Source: a virus (lineage: Duplodnaviria; Caudoviricetes). Taken from it: a stretch of DNA of 41,413 nt. Positions 34,717 through 41,413 of the stretch are shown here, piece after piece. A program made the translations under genes and the position numbers. The notes below the pieces were generated by a model. The model searched no databases. It was not told where the DNA came from and saw nothing but the letters and a program-made list of their open reading frames with translations. The stretch is taken from IMG/VR virus record IMGVR_UViG_3300048598_000565, positions 1-41,413 of that record; one strand, given 5' to 3'. Numbering within the stretch: position 1 is the stretch's first letter; each line of letters opens with the position of its first letter.

Positions 34717-36474
34717 ATGTTGAAGCGACTGCTTGTCGCTGCGCTGGCGCTTGTGCCAGTGCAGGCGGTTCATGCGCAGACTTCCGGCGCGGTTACGAAC
34801 CATGCGTTCGTCATCGGAAAGGGAGCGGGTACGACGGGTTATACGTCTCTGCTCTGCGGATCGGCGCAACTTGCGGTTGGTCAGGCCGCGGCTGATCCGA
34901 TCTGCCGAACGCTGTCGGGTGATGTCACGCTTGACGCGGCCGGCGTTACGACGATCGGGGCTGACAAGGTCACCAACTCGATGCTGGCCGGTTCTATCGC
35001 GGCCTCGAAGCTGATCGGAACCGATATCGCCACGGTCGGCACGATCACGTCAGGCACGTGGAACGGTACGACGATTGCCGTGGCCAACGGCGGGACGGGG
35101 GCCACGAATGCTTCCGGCGCCCGCACGAATCTCGGCCTCGCCATTGGATCCAATGTGCAGGCATGGGACGCAGACCTTGATTGCTATGCCGCGCTGACCG
35201 GCACCGGAATTGTCAGGCGGACCGGCAGCGGCACATGTTCCGCGGGGACGGCCGTCGCGAATTCCGAACTTGCGACGATGGCGAGCGGTACGTTCAAGGG
35301 AAACGTGTCTGGCAGCAGCGCCACACCTTCCGACCTCACTGCTTCGCAGGTCTTGGACGCGATCGGCTCGACGCGGGGGTCGATCCTGTATCGCGGGGCG
35401 TCTGGCTGGTCTCTGCTTGCACCCGGCGCGTCGGGTTACGCCCTGACGTCGAACGGCAGCGGTGCCGATCCATCGTATCAGGATATTGGTGGTGGAGGCG
35501 GCGGCCTGTCCGATACGGATCGTCGCAATGTGCTGCTGGACCGTGTCTATCAATCGAAACTGATGGGCGCGTCACGTCGTGTGATTGATGTTTTTGCAGA
35601 TGGGTTCAAGGCGGTTGATGGCATCGACTCGGGGTCGTCCTCAAATTATGTGGCCGATACGATCGGCGGCTATGTCATACCCAGCGCATCGGCGGGAACG
35701 GCGATTTCTGACGGAGCCGGAACGGCCATCGGCAACATGACATCTAGCGGCGGGCTGTCGGCTGCATTTTCAGGGTCGAATGGCAAACTTTACGCTAATT
35801 CATCGACGACGAGTGTGGGCGGCGCGCCTGGATATATTGGGAAGAATTTCACAGGCTCACCAAAGGCAATTCATTCCGCAACGGTTTATGCCACCACTGA
35901 TCTCGGATTCGACGGCACAGCCGGCGCGACGACAATCACGTGGACTCTTTATGGCAGCCAGACCGCTCCATCAACTTGGACTGATGGCACCATTCTCGGG
36001 ACAACCGGAGCGTTCGCTGATGCGACCGGAATCAGCAAGACCATCGCGTCGAACGATAAAACGACAAAGTGGAACTATGTCTGGTTCTACGGGACGACGA
36101 CAGAGTCTGGCGGTGCTGGTGAGATAGCTATTGCTCGTGCTTATTTTCTCCCGCCGTCTTATGCGGACATGACGCTTGTTTCTTCATCTCAGGTTACGGA
36201 TACGTCAAAATCATCGGCGCGCGTCCTCATTGAGTTTGGCAACGGCGCAAGCCCATCGCTCAATACAGATATCACCGTTGATGTGACATGCGATGGCGGC
36301 GCTAACTGGTCGGCTGCAACGCTCTCTGCGGTAACCGCGCATAGCCAAGGCAGTCGATCGGTGGCCGAAACTGCGGATACGGCCTGCACGTCTGGAACGT
36401 CGTTCGCCTATCGCATCAAGACGTTCAACAACGTCGCCCTGCCGATCTACGGCACAAGCATTTCGGTGTTCTAA
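34717..36474 (+). CDS. Tail fibre / receptor-binding protein with signal-peptide-like N-terminus
   Basis: IAVANGGTGATNASGARTNLGL, TRGSILYRGASGW fibre motifs; Gly/Ser/Thr-rich. Confidence 0.75.
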   Translation: MLKRLLVAALALVPVQAVHAQTSGAVTNHAFVIGKGAGTTGYTSLLCGSAQLAVGQAAADPICRTLSGDVTLDAAGVTTIGADKVTNSMLAGSIAASKLIGTDIATVGTITSGTWNGTTIAVANGGTGATNASGARTNLGLAIGSNVQAWDADLDCYAALTGTGIVRRTGSGTCSAGTAVANSELATMASGTFKGNVSGSSATPSDLTASQVLDAIGSTRGSILYRGASGWSLLAPGASGYALTSNGSGADPSYQDIGGGGGGLSDTDRRNVLLDRVYQSKLMGASRRVIDVFADGFKAVDGIDSGSSSNYVADTIGGYVIPSASAGTAISDGAGTAIGNMTSSGGLSAAFSGSNGKLYANSSTTSVGGAPGYIGKNFTGSPKAIHSATVYATTDLGFDGTAGATTITWTLYGSQTAPSTWTDGTILGTTGAFADATGISKTIASNDKTTKWNYVWFYGTTTESGGAGEIAIARAYFLPPSYADMTLVSSSQVTDTSKSSARVLIEFGNGASPSLNTDITVDVTCDGGANWSAATLSAVTAHSQGSRSVAETADTACTSGTSFAYRIKTFNNVALPIYGTSISVF

Positions 36475-36851
36475 TGGCTGTCGATCACTTCTTCGGTGTG
36501 CTTCGCCCAACCAATAAGGGCGTGTGGATCATCCAGAATGACTCTGACCATGCTCCGCAAGGCCTGAGTACAAGTGTCACATTCTTGTCCGGCTCTGGCG
36601 GTCGAACTTACAACGGTTTATTTATTGCTTTCACGAGCGGCGCCTACGTGAAGGCTGGTTCGATCCAGATCACGCCTGACGACGATTTTGCCATTGCTGG
36701 CATTAGCGCGGCATCCGGTCTCGGACTGACCGGAGCTGGCATAACAGTGCTCTACAAGGGGCAGTGGATCGACCCGACAAAGATTTATCAGTACGCTCCG
36801 AATCTTGGGGGTGGTGGGAATTTCTGGATTAACGGGACGATGGTGACGTGA
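36474..36851 (+). CDS. Hypothetical protein coupled to the tail fibre
   Basis: TAATG overlap; beta-rich 125 aa. Confidence 0.6.
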   Translation: MAVDHFFGVLRPTNKGVWIIQNDSDHAPQGLSTSVTFLSGSGGRTYNGLFIAFTSGAYVKAGSIQITPDDDFAIAGISAASGLGLTGAGITVLYKGQWIDPTKIYQYAPNLGGGGNFWINGTMVT

Positions 36852-37064
36852 TCACCAGCCATCGCGTGATATGTGATCGCTTTCTTCTTCGACCGTAGCT
36901 GGCCTGTATTCCCATTTTTTGTCGCGCCAGCGACGCATGACAAGCGCATCGCATGTGCGATGTGGGTGCCATTCTGCACGCCCGCGTCTCATGAGATATA
37001 GACCGCGCCCAAAAAGGACGATTAGACCTAGCGACGCCGCAAGCGTGACGAACCACATGGTCAT
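36852..37064 (-). CDS. Small membrane-anchored hypothetical protein
   Basis: N-terminal hydrophobic helix; LVMRRWRDKKWEYRPAT. Confidence 0.55.
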   Translation of the reverse strand: MTMWFVTLAASLGLIVLFGRGLYLMRRGRAEWHPHRTCDALVMRRWRDKKWEYRPATVEEESDHISRDGW

Positions 37065-37489
37065 TGCCCAAGCCTCAAAGCCCGACTGGTGTCGGGAGTT
37101 TGATCATCAGCGACTTGGGAAGCTGACCCCACTGCTTTGCTCGATACCGACCTGACATCGGCATCGTTTCTAGGAGCTTATCCGTGGGACTCCCGACGCA
37201 AGTAAGGGGTCGGGCCTCCCAAGTCACCTTTGCTGCGCGTCCAGTGATCAAGCCGTCCGCGCGCCTAAGACCATGCCAACGCCGATTGGCCCGGTCAAGT
37301 TTCCTAACGAGTCCGAGGTGTTTTACATGCTCCCCTGCCGCCCCCGCAGCCGAGCGCAACGCCGGCTGCAGCCTAGCGCGATGCGCTGACCGATCTGGTT
37401 AGGCGGCTGACGGCTCGGTTCATGCAAGCAGAATACACGATCTAGACCGCCATAGCATTCGACTTTTGGCGCTTTCACGGAGTTTGGAC

Positions 37490-38020
37490 ATGCCTAACGC
37501 TGCGTCCGCGGCGCGAACCGCGCTGCCTGCAAAGATGAGTCCGGCCGGCCTTGATCTGGTCAAGGCTTTCGAGAGCTGCATGGCAGCGATCAAGAGCCGG
37601 CCGGGCTATTTCAAGCCCTATCGTGACAGCGCCGGTGTCCTGACGATCGGCTGGGGCCATACCAACCATCACTTGCCGCGCTTCGACGGGAATTCTGTCT
37701 GGTCTCAGGTAGAATGCGATGCCGCATTGGCCGGCGACATGGGGACGTTTGAGCGCTGGGTACAGGAGAGGGCAAAGGTGCCGCTCGCCCAGCACGAGTT
37801 TGACGCCCTGGTGTCGTGGTCGTTCAACACGGGCGGTCCGGCAAGCGCAGCGCTCTGGAAGAAGCTCAACGCCGGCAACAAGACTGCGGTGCCGGCCGAA
37901 CTCGCGAAATGGAATAGGGCGGGCGGCAAGGTACTGGCCGGCCTCGTCCGCCGTCGCAAGGCCGAAGGGCTGATGTTCTCCGGCAAGGTGACCGAAGCGC
38001 TTAAACTGGCGCGACAGTGA
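37490..38020 (+). CDS. Endolysin, GH24 lysozyme
   Basis: FES...PYRDSAGVLTIGWGHT, FDALVSWSFNTG, GLVRRRKAE. Confidence 0.92.
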   Translation: MPNAASAARTALPAKMSPAGLDLVKAFESCMAAIKSRPGYFKPYRDSAGVLTIGWGHTNHHLPRFDGNSVWSQVECDAALAGDMGTFERWVQERAKVPLAQHEFDALVSWSFNTGGPASAALWKKLNAGNKTAVPAELAKWNRAGGKVLAGLVRRRKAEGLMFSGKVTEALKLARQ

Positions 38021-38143
38021 TGGAAACCCTCCTGTTTAACGCCGTCATCATCTGGATGCTGATCGGGCCATTCGTCGCGATCGGCATCTGTCTCTATCTG
38101 CACTGATCCGCGCGCAGCGGCTTCTGCGCAAATCCTCACATCC

Positions 38144-38329
38144 ATGGAGATGACTATGACCTGGGATTCTGTCCAGCAGGTACTTCGCATCCTGCTCAAT
38201 GCTGGTGGCGGCCTTCTCGTCGGCAAGGGCTATCTGACCGAGGACATGCTGACCACGCTCGTCGGCGCGCTGCTCTCGCTCGGCTCGGTCGGCTGGTGGT
38301 TCATTTGGGACCGTAACCGCACGGCCTGA
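38144..38329 (+). CDS. Putative holin
   Basis: 61 aa, two hydrophobic segments, several closely spaced Met starts, follows the endolysin. Confidence 0.7.
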   Translation: MEMTMTWDSVQQVLRILLNAGGGLLVGKGYLTEDMLTTLVGALLSLGSVGWWFIWDRNRTA

Positions 38330-38331
38330 TC

Positions 38332-38571
38332 GTGACCGCCGCCACCATAATCGGGCTCGTCTCGGCGCTGCTATCCATCGCGAAGCTGATCGCGGAATAC
38401 GCGGTCAGCAAGAAATGGATGGACGCCGGGACGGCCGCAGTCGTCGCGAAGGGGCTACAGGATGCGAACGATGCCATTGCGCGGGCCAATGCGGCCCGTG
38501 AGCTTGTCCGGGCTGATCTTGCTCGCGACCCTGACAGCATCCTGTCAGACGACGGGTTCAGGCGGGACTAG
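38332..38571 (+). CDS. Putative inner-membrane spanin (Rz-like)
   Basis: N-terminal TM segment plus helical region ending DDGFRRD; overlaps a lipoprotein ORF. Confidence 0.65.
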   Translation: MTAATIIGLVSALLSIAKLIAEYAVSKKWMDAGTAAVVAKGLQDANDAIARANAARELVRADLARDPDSILSDDGFRRD

Positions 38572-38698
38572 CGCCCTGGTTGCCTGCCAGTCGTTCAAGC
38601 CGGTGTATTGGTCCAAGGCCGATACGCCGGCAACCGTCGCGCAGATCAAGGAACACAATGCGGCCGGCAAGGCTATCTGCGGGTGGGGCGCGAAATGA
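38489..38698 (+). CDS. Putative outer-membrane spanin (Rz1-like lipoprotein)
   Basis: LILLATLTASC lipobox, overlapping the Rz-like gene in another frame. Confidence 0.7.
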   Translation: MRPVSLSGLILLATLTASCQTTGSGGTSALVACQSFKPVYWSKADTPATVAQIKEHNAAGKAICGWGAK

Positions 38699-38994
38699 CA
38701 ATCGATTGGACCATTTCGTTCGGCTCGCTGTTGCAGGTCGGCTCTATCCTGATCGGCGGTCTGCTTGTGCTCGTCACCATGCGCAACACGGTGACCGGAT
38801 TGCAGCGCGATGTGGCCTCGATCCAGGTCGAGATCAAGAAAATGGGCGACATCCTGACCAAAATGGCGGTCGCTGAAACGCGCCTCGATAACACGGACAC
38901 CCGGCTTACCAACGCCGAGCGCGACATTCGCGAACTTCGTCACGGGCAAGGCTTCATCCGCGGCGGCGCCGGCATCGACCGCGAATACACCTGA
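38695..38994 (+). CDS. Membrane-anchored coiled-coil protein of the lysis region
   Basis: MTIDWTISFGSLLQ..TM..coiled coil; ATGA coupling. Confidence 0.65.
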   Translation: MTIDWTISFGSLLQVGSILIGGLLVLVTMRNTVTGLQRDVASIQVEIKKMGDILTKMAVAETRLDNTDTRLTNAERDIRELRHGQGFIRGGAGIDREYT

Positions 38995-39018
38995 TCCCCA
39001 CCATCTGAAAGGACTATC

Positions 39019-39570
39019 ATGCTCCGAGCCGTATTTCTCGGCGCGCTGGCGCTTGCCTGCGCGTTTGCCTATTCGCTGCTGTTTTCGATTCCGAGCTGGT
39101 CGGCCGGGCTGCATCCGGACTGCAACGTCACGATGCCATGCGCGGTGCCGTCTACCGCCGTCAGCAAGCGGGACAGGGCGCGCATCGCACGCGCCGACCG
39201 CTATCGCAACGTCGAATTCGGCTCGCCCATGTATCCGCCGGAGACGGCGCGGTCGTTTCTCGATCGAGGGGCGCAAATCCTGCCTCATCCGCCCGGTTGC
39301 CCGCGCCGGGCCTTCTGCGGCTGCGGGGCGGCCGTAGAGGTGTTCGGCCGGCCGATCCGTTCTCTTTGGCTCGCCTCCAACTGGCTGCGCTTCCCGCGGG
39401 CTGCGCCGGCTCCTGGGATGGTCGCTGCGAGGCGAGGTCATGTCTTCGTGATCCGCCAAGTTCTCGGCGGCGGGCAGGTGCTGGCCTATGACGCCAACAG
39501 CGGTCACGGATTCACCAAACTGCATGTGAGGAGTTTGGCTGGCTTTACCGTAGTCAACCCAAATGGTTAA
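39019..39570 (+). CDS. Secreted protein with CHAP/NlpC-like Cys-His arrangement
   Basis: Signal peptide; FCGCGA...WLASNW...PAPGMVAARRGHVF...DANSG. Confidence 0.6.
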   Translation: MLRAVFLGALALACAFAYSLLFSIPSWSAGLHPDCNVTMPCAVPSTAVSKRDRARIARADRYRNVEFGSPMYPPETARSFLDRGAQILPHPPGCPRRAFCGCGAAVEVFGRPIRSLWLASNWLRFPRAAPAPGMVAARRGHVFVIRQVLGGGQVLAYDANSGHGFTKLHVRSLAGFTVVNPNG

Positions 39571-40229
39571 GCAACGTGCGTCCAACGCTTCCCGAGCTTG
39601 ATAAGGGAAACAGTCGATTGATCGCATCCAAACTCATCGGCAATTTGGCCCTGCGTCTTTTTGTTTTCTACCAGCGCTAGACGGATCGCTCTGACCTTAG
39701 AATCATCGAGCTTTGAAAATCCGTTGAAAGTTCCTTTTGGCGGCTTCCTGCGTCCCTTTTTGTCTCTGTCGCGCATATTGTCGATATGCGTTCCGACAAA
39801 CAAGTGATCTGGATTGACGCAGCACGGATTATCGCAGTGGTGGCAAACTTCGTAACCGGAAGGGATTTTCTCGGAGGTTGATAATTCGAACATTACACGG
39901 TGAGCCTTTCGGCTCTCTCCATCTACGGAGATTGTACCGTAGCCATCTTCTTTGCTGAGCCCGCCGAGCCACAACCAGCAGCCTGAGTTAGGCTCGGGAA
40001 TGTACTTGTCCTCCAATCGCTTCATGAGGCCCGCTCGGCGCAAGTCTTCCGACATGCAGCCGCAAGACTTGCTGCGTTTCGCGTTGCCAATTTCATAGAC
40101 TTTTTCGCTACCGCAATCGCATCGGCAGACCCAACGAACCGCGCCGTTTTTTCCGCGGTCCTCATGAGGTTGGACAACAAGCAGCTTACCAAAGCGAAGC
40201 CCGGACCGATCAATAAAAGTAGTTGCCAT
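39567..40229 (-). CDS. HNH homing-endonuclease-like protein
   Basis: WVCRCDCG, CWLWLG...YG, VCHHCDNPCCVNPDHLFVGTHIDN, C-terminal HTH. Confidence 0.88.
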   Translation of the reverse strand: MATTFIDRSGLRFGKLLVVQPHEDRGKNGAVRWVCRCDCGSEKVYEIGNAKRSKSCGCMSEDLRRAGLMKRLEDKYIPEPNSGCWLWLGGLSKEDGYGTISVDGESRKAHRVMFELSTSEKIPSGYEVCHHCDNPCCVNPDHLFVGTHIDNMRDRDKKGRRKPPKGTFNGFSKLDDSKVRAIRLALVENKKTQGQIADEFGCDQSTVSLIKLGKRWTHVA

Positions 40230-40431
40230 CCTCAACGTTTAACATGGAGGGAGTCTTGAGAAAAGATTTTCCGAGTTATCAGACCCGGCTGCATGTGAGG
40301 TCGCTTGCCGGCTTCGTCGTCGTCGATCCGCGAGGCGGCGTGTCGTGATCCCCGCGCGCGGCTGGATCGTGGTGGCGATCTGGATGGCCGGGCTGATGTA
40401 CTTAGCTCTCTAGCTCCCGCGGCAGGCCGGG

Positions 40432-40623
40432 TTACGCCTGCACCTCCCTGGACTTGGCCCGCCCGGCGCGATGCCGAGCGGGCCTTTCTGTGCTTTGGAT
40501 TTCCGACAATTCAAGCAGCGCCATTTGAATGATGTACACAAGCACCTTCGACTCGGTGCGTTTGGCGTAATCTAGGCATTGTTTCAGCCTGAGTGCGCAC
40601 GTCTCAAGGTCGTCGATGGACAT
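40432..40623 (-). CDS. Hypothetical protein
   Basis: GGAGG RBS before MSIDDLE; LVYIIQMALLE motif. Confidence 0.5.
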   Translation of the reverse strand: MSIDDLETCALRLKQCLDYAKRTESKVLVYIIQMALLELSEIQSTERPARHRAGRAKSREVQA

Positions 40624-40707
40624 TGTCGCCTCCAACCCGTGACCGCCAATTCTGGTCGCTAGGCGAACAATTGTGCAACTAGGGCAACGGTATTCTGGTC
40701 GGAAACT

Positions 40708-41187
40708 TTAGTTTAAGGACGTTTCGCGTGTTGGTCGCGGCGCGTCTTTGAGCGTCCATCCGCGCCACTGGCTGACCTGACGTCGCCGCTTGCCGGCGAG
40801 CCATGCTGCGACCTGACGCATGCCGGCATAGGCATTGCGCCAAGGATGGGGCGCAAACAGATCGGCATGCCGCTCGCACCAGAGCCGCAGGTTGCGGACG
40901 TGATGCTCGGCGCCATCAGGCGCGATCACCGTCCAATGTTTGGCGTTGATATTTGTCTCAAAGGGACCGGCGATGGGGCTGCGTTTGGCCGCCGGCGTGC
41001 CTATGGTGAGATTGCCGGTCCGCGCTGCGGCATCGCGCGCGAGGCTCGTGTCTGACCAGATGTTGCGCTTGCCGATGTGCTTGCGACTGCGATGGGCCGA
41101 CGAGCAGGCCTTGGAGCACGTCACTGTCTTGTCTGATGGCGACGCGCGAAAAATGGCGTTGCAAACGGCACACCGCCGCTCAGCCAA
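40708..41187 (-). CDS. Hypothetical Zn-finger-containing protein
   Basis: CAVC...TCSKAC; APDG...VRNLRLWC...WRGW. Confidence 0.6.
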   Translation of the reverse strand: MAERRCAVCNAIFRASPSDKTVTCSKACSSAHRSRKHIGKRNIWSDTSLARDAAARTGNLTIGTPAAKRSPIAGPFETNINAKHWTVIAPDGAEHHVRNLRLWCERHADLFAPHPWRNAYAGMRQVAAWLAGKRRRQVSQWRGWTLKDAPRPTRETSLN

Positions 41188-41413
41188 GGCTCTCGTCCTG
41201 CATCAAGCCCATTGCGCTGCGGGCGCGATCCGGGTGGTCCGTCTCGAGGCGCGCGCCCAGCCCGTCGCGGAGCGCGCGGAAGGTCGCGCCATCGAGGATA
41301 TCGCTGCTGTTGCGATAGCAGAGCACGCCCTGGCCGTATCGGGAGCGGGCGTCATGGACGGTCCACCGCAGCGCGCGTGGCGGCTCGCCCGGAATGTGCA
41401 GGATGTAGGGCAT
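41180..41413 (-). CDS. Hypothetical protein
   Basis: 77-aa ORF overlapping the start of the next gene. Confidence 0.5.
   Translation of the reverse strand: MPYILHIPGEPPRALRWTVHDARSRYGQGVLCYRNSSDILDGATFRALRDGLGARLETDHPDRARSAMGLMQDESLG

Larger units (their letters stand above)
1..41413. mobile_element. Temperate prophage, lambdoid organisation with P22-like head/tail module
   Basis: Ordered modules: integrase, early-left genes, CI/Cro, replication, terminase-portal-scaffold-coat, ejection proteins, tail, lysis. No att sites identified inside the window. Confidence 0.95.

Noticed and set aside
37075-37465. Spacer between tail and lysis genes as a gene or ncRNA
   Set aside because: The short ORFs lack recognisable motifs or a clear RBS, and I found no convincing stems; possibly a decayed moron.
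40665-40679. GAAC-N7-CAAC as an alphaproteobacterial LexA box
   Set aside because: One mismatch to GAAC-N7-GAAC, single occurrence, and no SOS-type gene next to it.

Overview
The whole window looks like a nearly complete temperate prophage from a GC-rich alphaproteobacterium (Rhizobiales/Bradyrhizobium-like gene content, inferred). It has lambdoid organisation and a P22-like podovirus morphogenesis module. From left to right: integrase/excisionase; a leftward early operon (GIY-YIG protein, MTase, three tRNAs, a 9-aa-repeat protein); a CI/Cro switch with six ATGC-N5-GCAT operators; a rightward early/replication operon; terminase, portal, scaffold, coat and ejection genes; an accessory island at the position of P22 sieA/immI; tail and lysis genes; and terminal HNH/hypothetical genes. 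No att sites were seen. The most striking element is in the accessory island (31377-32762). A solo RAMP/Cas7-like gene and a coupled partner gene are followed directly by a non-coding array of 48 pentamers (conserved GGY-like triplet plus variable NN). The array is split into five units by 4-nt GGCA/GGCC phase shifts and closed by a terminator, which makes it a candidate non-CRISPR RNA-guided system. Other highlights are a DUF3800-like gene preceded by a promoter-driven three-way-junction RNA with a terminator hairpin, three tRNAs in one frame inside an open ORF next to an inverted C5-methyltransferase fragment, and two tail-region proteins with signal peptides. All family calls come from motif recognition by eye, not database searches.
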